NCBI GenBank assembly: GCA_965226745.1
Contig: CBDDDS010000003.1
Span: forward strand, 230,520 to 294,519
Direction of reading: 5' to 3'
Length of the DNA: 64,000 nt
Source of the DNA: Dehalococcoidia bacterium
Lineage (GTDB): Bacteria; Chloroflexota; Dehalococcoidia; Lucifugimonadales; SAR202-VII-2
In this document: positions 1-9,396 of the stretch, one piece after another
Layout of the letters: every line of letters begins with the position of its first letter
How positions within the stretch are numbered: position 1 is the stretch's first letter
Program-made: the position numbers and the translations under genes
The notes under the pieces: generated by a model
Seen by the model: only the letters and a program-made list of their open reading frames with translations
Databases searched by the model: none
Told to the model about the DNA's origin: nothing

Positions 1-264
1 ATGCTGGGCGTCCCCGTCGACCGTCGCACCATCAGCCTTGGCGACCCGATTCGGGAGCCCGGGACCTTCGAGGTGGAGCTAAAGCTGCCCCAACAGACCT
101 CGGCCATGGTCACTGTCGTCGTGACGGGTGAAGGGCCTGGCGCCCTGCGCGCCGCTGCGGAGGACGACCAGGAAGCCGAGCAGGAGGATGTTTCCTCCGC
201 AGACCCCGCCGCCGTAGTGGAGGAAGAGCCGGAACCCGAGGAGGACGACGAGCAATCCCGCTGA
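1..264 (+). CDS. rplI: 50S ribosomal protein L9, C-terminal part (5' end outside window), with an unusually acidic D/E-rich tail
   Basis: ORF open from the window edge. The segment FEVELKLPQQTSAMVTVVV resembles the L9 C-domain. It sits directly upstream of dnaB, the widely conserved rplI-dnaB arrangement. Confidence 0.55.
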   Translation: MLGVPVDRRTISLGDPIREPGTFEVELKLPQQTSAMVTVVVTGEGPGALRAAAEDDQEAEQEDVSSADPAAVVEEEPEPEEDDEQSR

Positions 265-352
265 GACAACCTCGCTCTGTTTCACTCACACATAGGCATT
301 GCGCCTACCTGTCCACAGTAGATTGGCTTGAATCCAGCACCTGGGATTTGCC

Positions 353-1732
353 ATGTACGTAGAGAAACTCCCCCCGCACAGTGTGGAAGCGGAGGAGGCG
401 GTGGTTGGGTCCCTGCTCATCGACGGCGAGACTTTCCTCCGCGTCCAGCCGCTGCTGAAACCCGGCGACTTCTATCGCGAGAAGAACCGCTGGTGCTACG
501 AGGCATGCCAGAATCTCTACGAGCGCGACGAGGCCATCAACGAGCTGACCGTCGCTCACGAGATCAACCGCCTTGGCAGGCTGGACGGCATCGGCGGCCC
601 TTCCTATCTGAGCTATCTCGTCAGCATCGTGCCCACGTCGGTCCATGCAGAGCACTACGCTCGCATCGTGTCCCGCTCCTCCACCCTGCGGCGCCTCATC
701 AACGCCGCCGGTGAAATCGCAGACATCGGCTATGAAGGCCCCGCCGACGTTGAGGACGCCCTGACGCAAGCTGAGGGCGTGCTGTTCCGCATCCGCTCCG
801 GGCGCGAGCGCCGGGATTTCGTTTCCCTCCGCGATGTTCTGGACACCTACCTGGAACAGACGACCACAGCGGCCCTGGCGCCGCTGGGGCAGCACGAGGG
901 GCCGGTCCCCACAGGGTTTCGGGATCTTGACCGGCTTCTGGGCGGTCTCCAGCGTTCGGACATGGTGGTCTTGGCGGCCCGGCCCAGCCTGGGCAAGAGC
1001 GCCTTGGCGCTGAACATAGGCCGGTACGCCGCGGGCCAGGGTTCCAGGGTGGCGGTGTTCAGCCTGGAGATGGGGCGGGAGCAACTGGCCATGCGCCTTC
1101 TGGCCTCGGAGGCCGGGGTTGACAGCCACCGGCTGCGCCTCCACCTCTACAACGAAATGGAGGAACACCGCATCCATGAAAGCGTTGGCGCCCTGTCTGA
1201 CCTTCCCGTGTGGATAGACGACACCCCCCTTGTGACGATCGTTGAGATTCGAAGCAAGGTGAGGCGTCTTCATGCCGAGGTTGGGGGCTTGGACCTCGTT
1301 CTCGTGGACTACATGCAGCTCGCTGCGGGCGGCAGCGGCAGGCCCGAGAACCGGGTGGCGGAGATGGGCGAGATATCCCGCTCTCTCAAGGGCGTCGCGC
1401 GAGACCTGAAGGTCCCCCTGATCGCCGTCTCTCAGCTCAGCCGCGACATAGAGCGCCGTGAGCGGGATGGCCGCCGGCCCAGACTGTCGGACCTGCGGGA
1501 GAGCGGCAGCATCGAGCAGGATGCGGACGTGGTCGCCTTCATCTACCGGGAGGACAAGGCCTATTCGGAAGAGGAATGGGCGCGGCGTTTTCCGGAACGT
1601 CCGTACCCCCACAACGTCGCCGAGATCATTGTGGAGAAGCATCGGCACGGGCCGGTGGGAAGGGTGGAGCTGTACTTCAACGAGCGCCTGGCCCGCTTCG
1701 AGAACCTGGCCAGGCTCGAGCCCTATGAGTAG
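353..1732 (+). CDS. dnaB: replicative DNA helicase DnaB
   Basis: 459 aa. N-terminal PPHSVEAEEAVVGSLL. Walker A ARPSLGKSALAL, Walker B LVLVDYMQL, and SQLSR motifs. Confidence 0.95.
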   Translation: MYVEKLPPHSVEAEEAVVGSLLIDGETFLRVQPLLKPGDFYREKNRWCYEACQNLYERDEAINELTVAHEINRLGRLDGIGGPSYLSYLVSIVPTSVHAEHYARIVSRSSTLRRLINAAGEIADIGYEGPADVEDALTQAEGVLFRIRSGRERRDFVSLRDVLDTYLEQTTTAALAPLGQHEGPVPTGFRDLDRLLGGLQRSDMVVLAARPSLGKSALALNIGRYAAGQGSRVAVFSLEMGREQLAMRLLASEAGVDSHRLRLHLYNEMEEHRIHESVGALSDLPVWIDDTPLVTIVEIRSKVRRLHAEVGGLDLVLVDYMQLAAGGSGRPENRVAEMGEISRSLKGVARDLKVPLIAVSQLSRDIERRERDGRRPRLSDLRESGSIEQDADVVAFIYREDKAYSEEEWARRFPERPYPHNVAEIIVEKHRHGPVGRVELYFNERLARFENLARLEPYE

Positions 1733-2420
1733 CGCGGGCCGCTTTTCGGGCTTTCCCCGGGGGAGCGCCTACACACCCGTCCCCGACGCTCTTCTGGGCC
1801 CCCTGCTGGAAGCGATTGATGACCTGGGCGAGTTGAAAACGGTCCTCAGGGCCGTCCACCTCTTCCATCGGAAGAAGGGCTCGCCGCGGTTGGTGACCCA
1901 GAAGGAGCTGGAGGCGGACCCGGTGCTCCGCCGCACATTTGCCGGTCATGCAAGCGTTGAGGAAGAGATCGGCAGGGCGCTGGACGAGGCTGTCTACGCG
2001 GGCCTGTTGCTGAGAACGAGGGTGGGGACGGGAGCGTCGTTGCAGACGGCCTTCGTGCTCAACAGCGAGACCGAGCGTCAGGCTCTGGAGGGACTGGACA
2101 AGGCTCGCATCGAGGCGCCGGCGCCGTTGCCGAACGAGGCCGCTGGTGAACCTACCCCCTCCGAAATCTTTACGCTCTACCAGGAGCACGTGGGGATGCT
2201 GACCCCGCTCATTGTGGACCAACTCAAGGACGCCGAGGGGCAGTACCCGGCTGCCTGGATACGCAGTGCATTTGTGGAGGCCGTGGAGCGCAACAAACGT
2301 AGCTGGCGTTACATCGCTCGGATTCTGGAGCGGTGGCGCGAGGAAGGGAGAGGTCATGGAGAGCCTGGGCGACATCCTGCGAAGAGCGACCCTAAGGCCT
2401 ACCTTCGGGGGTGGCAATAA
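1725..2420 (+). CDS. DnaD-domain / replisome-organizer-like protein
   Basis: ATG at 1725 overlaps the dnaB stop. The C-terminal ...AVERNKRSWRYIARILERWREEG resembles the DnaD C-terminal domain. The longer ORF from 1458 lies inside dnaB and was rejected. Confidence 0.55.
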   Translation: MSSAGRFSGFPRGSAYTPVPDALLGPLLEAIDDLGELKTVLRAVHLFHRKKGSPRLVTQKELEADPVLRRTFAGHASVEEEIGRALDEAVYAGLLLRTRVGTGASLQTAFVLNSETERQALEGLDKARIEAPAPLPNEAAGEPTPSEIFTLYQEHVGMLTPLIVDQLKDAEGQYPAAWIRSAFVEAVERNKRSWRYIARILERWREEGRGHGEPGRHPAKSDPKAYLRGWQ

Positions 2421-3774
2421 TCCTCCGGCGAATAGGACGGAGGAGGGGGAGTCGGCGTGCCAAATCTGCGGGGGACCCGGGTGGGTTACCCTGAACGTCG
2501 GCCTTGAAGACCCGCGTTTTGGGCAGGCCCAGCCATGCCGCTGCACGTCTATCCCCTTCGAGAAAGAGCGTCGCCAACGCTTCGCCAAGCTCAGCAACCT
2601 GGGGAGTCTCGAGCGCTTCACCTTCAGCGCCTTGGATGCCCCGGAGGGAATGCCGGATGCCCGGCAAAGCTTCGAAGTTGCCCTGGCGGCGGCCGTGGCC
2701 TACGCCTCCGCTGAGAAACTGACGGGCTGGTTCGTGCTGGCAGGCGCCGCGGCCACCGGTAGGACGCCGATGGCGGCGGCTATTGCCAACGCCGCCATGG
2801 AGAGGGGAGTGCGGGCCTCCTTCATGACGGCGCCGGACCTCTTGGACCACCTGCGAGGCGCCTTCGCTCCCCATAGTGAGTTGGCCTACGACGAGCTGTT
2901 CGAAGAACTCAAAAGCGTTCCCCTTTTGGTGCTGGACGATCTGGGCATCTACAGCGCGACTCCCTGGGCGCAGGAGAAGCTCTACCAGCTCTTGAACCGC
3001 CGCTATCAGGACAGGCTCCCCACCGTCATCACACTGGCCTGCGAATTGTCGGACCTTGATGAGCACCTTCGGGTGCGGCTAGCGGACACCAGTGTGAGCC
3101 AGGTTCACCGCCTTGCCGATCCCGAGTCTGCGCCCGCGTTCCAACAACTAGGCAACCTTCCTCAGGAAATGCGGGCTCGAATGACCTTCGAACACTTCAA
3201 CTGGAAGGGTGGTCCGGGGACGGACGAGACGGGCAGGGGAACGCTGGAGGCGGCTTTCCAGCACGCCCAGCGCTACGCCGAAAACCCCGAGGGCTGGGTG
3301 GTGTTCACCGGAGTTCCGGGGTGCGGCAAGACCCATTTGGCAGTGGCCATTGCCGGCGAGCGAGTGAAACGAGGCTACCCCGTGTTTTTTGTCATGGCGC
3401 CGGATCTGCTGGACCACCTGCGCCAGACGTACAGCCCGGACAGCCGGGTGTCCTATGACCGGCTGTTCGACCAGGTGAAGAACGCACCTCTGTTAATACT
3501 GGATGATCTCGGTATGGAGCTAGGAACCCCCTGGGCCAAGGAGAAGCTCTATCAACTCTTCGCCCATCGGCACAACCTTCGCTTGCCCTTAGTCATTACC
3601 AGCAGCACTGTGGAACGGAAGGAATTCCCACCTGAGATACGCTCCAGACTCCAGGATGGAGACCTTGTCGTTACCCACACCATCGCCGCTCCAGACTATC
3701 GAGACAAGGGCGCCGGGCGCTACCGCGCCCGGCCTGCCGGGCAGGACCGCCGCCCCAAGCGTCCCCAGCCCTGA
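2356..3774 (+). CDS. helicase-loader-like protein with N-terminal zinc ribbon and two tandem DnaC/IstB-type AAA+ modules
   Basis: MESLGD start overlaps the upstream gene. Zinc ribbon CQICGGPGW...PCRC. Module 2 has Walker A GVPGCGKTH and Walker B LLILDDLG. Module 1 is a clear paralog but reads GAAATGRT (no Walker Lys), with LLVLDDLG. Confidence 0.75.
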   Translation: MESLGDILRRATLRPTFGGGNNPPANRTEEGESACQICGGPGWVTLNVGLEDPRFGQAQPCRCTSIPFEKERRQRFAKLSNLGSLERFTFSALDAPEGMPDARQSFEVALAAAVAYASAEKLTGWFVLAGAAATGRTPMAAAIANAAMERGVRASFMTAPDLLDHLRGAFAPHSELAYDELFEELKSVPLLVLDDLGIYSATPWAQEKLYQLLNRRYQDRLPTVITLACELSDLDEHLRVRLADTSVSQVHRLADPESAPAFQQLGNLPQEMRARMTFEHFNWKGGPGTDETGRGTLEAAFQHAQRYAENPEGWVVFTGVPGCGKTHLAVAIAGERVKRGYPVFFVMAPDLLDHLRQTYSPDSRVSYDRLFDQVKNAPLLILDDLGMELGTPWAKEKLYQLFAHRHNLRLPLVITSSTVERKEFPPEIRSRLQDGDLVVTHTIAAPDYRDKGAGRYRARPAGQDRRPKRPQP

Positions 3775-3820
3775 GCTTCTCTTGACGCTTGAACCGCCTC
3801 ATGCTTCACCGACGAGGGAG

Positions 3821-4156
3821 ATGTACTGCGTTTTCTGCGAGATCATAGCCGGGAAACTGCCGGCCAGGTTCTTCCACGGGGAAGAGGACTTGGTGGTCAT
3901 AGCGAACCAGTTGACCTGGGCGCCCGTGATGCTTCTGGTGATTCCCCGGGAACACATGACGCAAGAGCAGCTGTGGTCTTCCGCCCTCTTGCAACGGATG
4001 GGGCAGGTGGCGGTGCAGATGGGTCAGCGGCACTGTCCCGGCGGCTTCAGACTGCTCTCCAACTTCGGCCGGGACGCCATGCAGAGTCAGCCTCACGGGC
4101 ACGTCCATGTCCTGGGCGGCATGTTCCTGGGTCCGTACGTGCGGCGGGAGTCCTAG
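3821..4156 (+). CDS. HIT family protein
   Basis: MYCVFCEIIAGK N-terminus and histidine triad HGHVHVLGG. Confidence 0.8.
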   Translation: MYCVFCEIIAGKLPARFFHGEEDLVVIANQLTWAPVMLLVIPREHMTQEQLWSSALLQRMGQVAVQMGQRHCPGGFRLLSNFGRDAMQSQPHGHVHVLGGMFLGPYVRRES

Positions 4157-4237
4157 CCGCCTCGCTATGTCAGGCGCTGACGCCGGTGGTATGATGGGCC
4201 GCGCCTCATGCTCCGCTCTTGAGTGTTGGGCCGGACC

Positions 4238-4654
4238 ATGGAACGACCTTCCTTTAAGGAGACCGCCTTGACCGAACAGAGGAGCAAACGATCGCTGCCG
4301 GCGCGCCCTGAGGGGTCCTACCACCCGGCCCCGTCCGTTGACGGCGTTATCGCCGGCGGGTTCATCTTTCTTGGGGCGCTCCGCGGCAAAGGGGACACGA
4401 CGGCAGAGCAAGCGCGCTCCGCTTTCGAGACGCTCAAGTCGCTGTTGGCGCCGGCGGGGGCCAGGTTGGAGGATGTGGTCAGGGTGACGGTGTACTTCCA
4501 GGACATGGCTTACCGCTCGGAGTTTCAAAAGGTGTGGGTGGAGTGCTTCCCACAGAATCCGCCGGCCAGGGTGGCGCTGGGCGTCGCCAACGCCAGTGTC
4601 ACCCCGGACGGGAACTCGCGCTTCGTCCTGGAAGTCATTGCGCTGGAACCCTAG
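4238..4654 (+). CDS. RidA/YjgF family reactive-intermediate deaminase
   Basis: YjgF-like pattern (VRVTVYFQDM, ARVALGVA). An alternative GTG start lies at 4223. Confidence 0.75.
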   Translation: MERPSFKETALTEQRSKRSLPARPEGSYHPAPSVDGVIAGGFIFLGALRGKGDTTAEQARSAFETLKSLLAPAGARLEDVVRVTVYFQDMAYRSEFQKVWVECFPQNPPARVALGVANASVTPDGNSRFVLEVIALEP

Positions 4655-4774
4655 CGAGGTGGGCAGGCAGCGCCCCCTGACGCGGGCTTGCTGCGGTTCG
4701 ACGGCGCCGTGGGGCCGCTGCCGGACGGCGGTGCGACGGAACCACTGAGATCAGACACATCGAAGGAGGCCCTC

Positions 4775-5545
4775 ATGGCGGGAAGCTGGGGACTGGACGG
4801 CAAGGCTGCATTCATTACCGGCGTGGGCGGCATGGGACGGGCGACGGCCCTCGCCTTTGCTGAGGAGGGCATCCCCGTGGCCGTGACGGACGTCGATCCG
4901 TCGGTGGCGGAGACCACGGCTGGGCTTGTGGCCGACAAGGGCGGCAGGGCGTTGCCCCTAACGTTGGACGTTACGGACTCGTCGGCTGTTGAAGAGGCCA
5001 TCGCCAGGGCCGGGGATGAGCTTGGCCCGATAGACTACCTGTTCAACACCGCTGGCATCGGCCACTACGCCCCTGTGACCGAGATGACCAACGAGGATTG
5101 GACGCGCATGGTGGAGGTGTGCCTGACCGGGACATTCTTCACCTGCCGCGCGGCGCTGCCCGGCATGATCTCCCGCGGCAGGGGGGCGATTGTCAACATC
5201 TCCTCCATGTTCGGGCAGACGGGGCAGGCCAACATGGTGCACTACTCGGCGGCCAAGGCGGGGGTTATGGGTTTGACGAAGGCGCTCGCCCGGGAAATGG
5301 CCGGGCACGGCATCCGGGTCAACGCCATCGCCCCCGGGCCCATCGATACGCCGCTCTGGCGCCGCGGCCTGGAGGGGAAGGACCTGGAGGATATGATGGA
5401 GGGTAGGAGACAGCCGGTGCCCATGAAACGGATTGGGCACATCAGCGAAATCGCCGACGCCGTGATGTACCTACTGAGCCCCGCCAGCAGCTACGTCACC
5501 GGGCAAATACTGCACGTCGGCGGCGGCGAGGTCACGGTCACTTAG
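4775..5545 (+). CDS. SDR family oxidoreductase
   Basis: RBS GAAGGAGG. Rossmann motif AFITGVGGMGRA, NISS, and catalytic YSAAK. Confidence 0.85.
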   Translation: MAGSWGLDGKAAFITGVGGMGRATALAFAEEGIPVAVTDVDPSVAETTAGLVADKGGRALPLTLDVTDSSAVEEAIARAGDELGPIDYLFNTAGIGHYAPVTEMTNEDWTRMVEVCLTGTFFTCRAALPGMISRGRGAIVNISSMFGQTGQANMVHYSAAKAGVMGLTKALAREMAGHGIRVNAIAPGPIDTPLWRRGLEGKDLEDMMEGRRQPVPMKRIGHISEIADAVMYLLSPASSYVTGQILHVGGGEVTVT

Positions 5546-5667
5546 GGCGTCCCTTCCGCTGGATGCGGGTCTCCCTTGGGGGTTTTGACACCCCGCGGGC
5601 CATGTGATACGTTCGCGTCGAACCTGATTCAACCTGTGAGGCGCGAAATTTGCCGGATGGGGAGGGC

Positions 5668-6567
5668 ATGATGACGACTCAGGTATCGGCGTCTGTTCAG
5701 CATTTCGACCATTCCGTTCTTCCATGTATGGACCTGTTTCGGGCGGAGCGCTTCTATACGGAAGTGATTGGGGGCGCGATGTTTCTGAAGCCCGGCATGA
5801 CCTTCCACGACCCCTCGGGGTTCAGCGAGGCGACGGGCAAGACGCATCCGCCCGGAACGTTCATCAAGTTTGGCCGCAACCACTTGGGCTTCTTCCTACA
5901 GTACGAGGTGCCCGTGTTCCCGGCGAAAGAGCCCGGCAGCGGCTATCCCTGCTGGGGTCTCTACGTGGCCGAGGAAGACTTCGACGACGTGGTGCAGCGG
6001 GCCCGCGACTTTCCGACGCTGGTTGGCCCCGTGCGTACGGAGGGCTATGCCGGCATTCCCATGCGCAGCGTCCGTCTCTCGGACCCGGACGGCAATAGCC
6101 TCGAGCTAGTGTCCGACCCCCGGGGCCGCTACGACGACTTCAAGGTCACAGGCATCAGCCACATGCATCTGGAAGCCGTAGACCTGGCCGCAACCGTCGA
6201 GTTCTATGGCCGCTACCTGGGACTCGACGCCGTGGGGGCGGATGAAGAGGCTGAGGTGGTGGCGCTTGGTCTTCCCAGCGGGCAACATCTGTTCATCCAC
6301 AGGGTGGACGAGGTCTCGCCGGCAACCATTGGGCCGTACTTCGGGCGGCATTGCGCCTACTACGTGGAGGACGACGCCTACCATGTCCTGGAGGGCCACC
6401 TGAGCGACGACAGCGTGGACCAGATTGACATGGTGCCCGGCTTGCGAAAGCCCGATGAGTTGGACACCTATTTCTTCGACCCCAGCGGGCTGTACATTCA
6501 GATAAAGAATGAAGACTCGCTGACCATGGCCCAGGGGCGGCCAAGATACCGGTACGTCACCATCTGA
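5668..6567 (+). CDS. two-domain VOC (glyoxalase/extradiol dioxygenase) family protein
   Basis: Two VOC-like modules (FDHSVLPCMDL..., GISHMHLEAVDL...). RBS GGGGAGGG lies before the ATG at 5668. Confidence 0.6.
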   Translation: MMTTQVSASVQHFDHSVLPCMDLFRAERFYTEVIGGAMFLKPGMTFHDPSGFSEATGKTHPPGTFIKFGRNHLGFFLQYEVPVFPAKEPGSGYPCWGLYVAEEDFDDVVQRARDFPTLVGPVRTEGYAGIPMRSVRLSDPDGNSLELVSDPRGRYDDFKVTGISHMHLEAVDLAATVEFYGRYLGLDAVGADEEAEVVALGLPSGQHLFIHRVDEVSPATIGPYFGRHCAYYVEDDAYHVLEGHLSDDSVDQIDMVPGLRKPDELDTYFFDPSGLYIQIKNEDSLTMAQGRPRYRYVTI

Positions 6568-6716
6568 GGCCGTCCGGCTCGGATGGTCCCGGCGCCCCCT
6601 GGGTGTTCTGAGAGGGCGCGAAAGCTGAAACGAGGGGTGTGGGACGTTCCCGCACCCCTCGTTTGCAAGAGCCGGGGATGGGCCGGCTACACGACACAAG
6701 GAGCCTGTTGACGCCG

Positions 6717-7331
6717 ATGATCCACGAAATACGAACCTACGATATCCGCGTTGGGACGGTGGCTGAGTATGAGCGCCGGCTGGTCAAGGCCCTTCCCTTC
6801 AGCGAGAAGTATTGCCCGCTGGGCGGCTTTTGGCGCACCGACATCGGCCCGTTGAATCAGGTCATCCACATCTGGCCCTACGATGACCTTGACCAGCGAA
6901 TGGCCGCCCGCACCGCCCGCTTCACGGATCCCTACTGGCCGCCCGACGTGGACGGCATGGTGCTTCGCCAGGCGTCGGAGTTGGGGCATCCGCTTTCGGC
7001 CATGGGACCGCTGAAGCAGGGCCACCTGGGGAACGCCTATGAGTTGCGCTACTACTGCTACGTGCCCAGGGACATCAAAGAAGCGATCGAGCGCTGGGAG
7101 GAGATTCTTCCCTACCGTCAGAAGTTTGCTACCCTGGCGGGCGCCTGGCGCATAGACGTGGGAGAGCTGGACAAGGTGGCCGTCATGTGGGCCTACGACA
7201 GCTTCAATCAGCGGGATGAGCAGATGAAGGCGGCCAGCGAAGACCCGAAATACGCTTCCGGCACGAGCCACATTCTGGTGCGCAGGGAGAACAAGCTGAT
7301 GGTCCCGGCTGATTTCTCCCCGATGCGCTAG
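6717..7331 (+). CDS. NIPSNAP family protein (two repeats)
   Basis: IHEIRTYDIRVGT...GFWRTDIGPLNQVIHIW and YELRYYCYVP...GAWRIDVGELDKVAVMW. Confidence 0.8.
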   Translation: MIHEIRTYDIRVGTVAEYERRLVKALPFSEKYCPLGGFWRTDIGPLNQVIHIWPYDDLDQRMAARTARFTDPYWPPDVDGMVLRQASELGHPLSAMGPLKQGHLGNAYELRYYCYVPRDIKEAIERWEEILPYRQKFATLAGAWRIDVGELDKVAVMWAYDSFNQRDEQMKAASEDPKYASGTSHILVRRENKLMVPADFSPMR

Positions 7332-7347
7332 TCGGGGGCCCACCGCT

Positions 7348-8280
7348 GTGGCGGAGCTCGACAGTCTTGCGCTCATCGCCAACCCGGTCTCCTGTGGAGG
7401 CAAGGGACGGCGCGGCGCAACGAAGGTGGCCCAACTTCTGACCGAGCAGGGCGTCGACTTCACGCTGCATTGGACCCAGGCCCGGGGCGACGCCGAGGTG
7501 ATGGCCCGGAAGGCTGTGGAGGAGGGGCGACGCCGCATCGTCGCTTGCGGCGGCGACGGTACGGTTCACGAGGTTGTGAACGGGATCATGGCAGCCCGGG
7601 CCGGAAGCAAGGTTACCCTTGGGCTGGTTCCCCTGGGCCAGTGCAACGACCTAGGAAGAGCGCTGGCCATTCCTCGCGACCTGCCCGGCGTGGTCAGCAC
7701 GCTGCTGCGCGGGACGACGCGCACCATTGATTTGGGACAGGCAGGCGACCGGTACTTCTCCACGGTGATGACGCTGGGTTTCGATAGCGTGGTGAATGAG
7801 TTCGTGGCGGGTGGCGGTGTGCCGAGGTTCGTCAAGGGGACGGCGTCGTACGTGTGGGCGATTTTTGCCAAGCTGTTTCAGTATACGGGCGTTTGGGTCA
7901 CCATGGAGGGAGATTTCGGCCGGTTCGAGGGACAGGTGTTCCTTGCGGCAACCGGCAACACGCCCACCTATGGGGGGCGCATCAAGATAGTGCCCCCGGC
8001 TGTGATAGACGACGGCCTGCTGAATATCTGCCTTGTTCACAGCGTTTCGAGGTTCACGATACTGAGCATGCTCCCGATGGTGTTTTCTGGGAGGCATGTA
8101 AACCATCCGGCTGTGGAATTGAAGCAGGTGTATCGGATGGAGATTGATGCTCGGGAGCCCATCTCGCTGTGGGCCGACGGCGAGTTCGTGGCGAGGACAC
8201 CCACGACAGTGAGGGTGGCGCCGCGAGCGCTGCAGGTGCTTGTGCCGGCGGGCGGGCCGTTTCAGGCGCCGAGGCTGTGA
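7348..8280 (+). CDS. diacylglycerol kinase family lipid kinase (YegS-like)
   Basis: GTG start. DAGK catalytic motif ACGGDGTVHEVVNG. Confidence 0.85.
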   Translation: MAELDSLALIANPVSCGGKGRRGATKVAQLLTEQGVDFTLHWTQARGDAEVMARKAVEEGRRRIVACGGDGTVHEVVNGIMAARAGSKVTLGLVPLGQCNDLGRALAIPRDLPGVVSTLLRGTTRTIDLGQAGDRYFSTVMTLGFDSVVNEFVAGGGVPRFVKGTASYVWAIFAKLFQYTGVWVTMEGDFGRFEGQVFLAATGNTPTYGGRIKIVPPAVIDDGLLNICLVHSVSRFTILSMLPMVFSGRHVNHPAVELKQVYRMEIDAREPISLWADGEFVARTPTTVRVAPRALQVLVPAGGPFQAPRL

Positions 8281-8511
8281 GGTAGGCTGGCAAGCAGTGT
8301 AGGGTTGGCGGCAGCCGGGCGTCGCGTGGGCGGTCCATTTGCTTGAACGCGCTACGGTTGACTACCTCACCACTGAGCGCGCTGCGGTTGAGCCTCCTGC
8401 GAGCGAGTGCCCCACTACTGCGCACGCCACTGTTGAGCGCCCCGCTACTGGAACCCCCCGCTGTTGCATGCGCTGCCGCAACGGGTTTGCTTCGGGACCC
8501 ATGGATTGCTT

Positions 8512-9372
8512 TTAGCTAACGACCTCCGCGAGGCGATCGAACTGGTCGAGTTCCGCTATCGTTGGCCAGAGGATGAACTCGTCCATGCCGATGTCTTCAA
8601 AGGCCTTGATGGTGTCCGTGATCCTTTCGGGTGTTGAGAGGATACCTTTGACGGCCTGTTCGCCGAACGGGCCGGAGGGGTAGTACTGCCTGATGTAGTC
8701 TGCGCCGGCTGAGGTGTCGGGGCCCAGGGCGTAGTAGGCCGTGCCCACCAAGCGGGGCTCGCCCGGCCTTCCTGCTTCCTTGCGGGCGTCCTTGACGATC
8801 TGGAAGGCGGCCTGCACGGCGGCTGGGTCGCCGCTTCCTCCGCCGATGTAGCCGTCGGATGCTCTGCCAGCCCTCTTGAGGGCCGCTTCGGCCCTGCCGC
8901 CGAGGAGGAGCTCGGGGCCGCCTTCTTGGACGGGCAATGGTCCAACGGGCCCGATGTCGCCGGAGACGGGTTCGCCGGACCAGATCTGCTTTATAAGGTC
9001 GAGCTGTGCGTCCATGCGCTTGCCGCGGTCGTGGTAGCTGGCGGGAGCGGCAATGAAGTCGGAGTCGCGGCTACCGACGCCCAGTCCGAGGGTGAGCCGG
9101 CCGTTGGAAAGCACGTCGATGGTTGCGGCCTGTTTGGCCAGGATGGCGGGCTTTCGGATGGTGGCAATGAGAACGGTGGTGATCAGGCGCACGCGGGTCG
9201 TGAGGGCGGCGCAGGCGGCGAGGGTGGTGAGCGCTTCGTGATTGGGAAACACTATCCTGTCGAGGGCGGCAAGCGTGGAGAAGGGGCTGTCGTCGGCCTT
9301 TCTGGCCCAGTCCAGGATGATGGGTCCGGTGGCGCTGGGGATCATCGCCGGCGTACCGATGCCGATTTTCAT
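8512..9372 (-). CDS. LLM class (luciferase-like, probably F420-dependent) oxidoreductase
   Basis: 286 aa. Luciferase-like monooxygenase pattern (GRLTLGLGVGS). Paralogous to the next gene. Confidence 0.8.
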   Translation of the reverse strand: MKIGIGTPAMIPSATGPIILDWARKADDSPFSTLAALDRIVFPNHEALTTLAACAALTTRVRLITTVLIATIRKPAILAKQAATIDVLSNGRLTLGLGVGSRDSDFIAAPASYHDRGKRMDAQLDLIKQIWSGEPVSGDIGPVGPLPVQEGGPELLLGGRAEAALKRAGRASDGYIGGGSGDPAAVQAAFQIVKDARKEAGRPGEPRLVGTAYYALGPDTSAGADYIRQYYPSGPFGEQAVKGILSTPERITDTIKAFEDIGMDEFILWPTIAELDQFDRLAEVVS

Positions 9373-9396
9373 AGCGGAGAACCTCCCGAAGTGATG

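Noticed and set aside
305-1648. 447-aa minus-strand ORF
   Set aside because: It is antisense to dnaB and has no motifs, so it is a GC-rich shadow frame.
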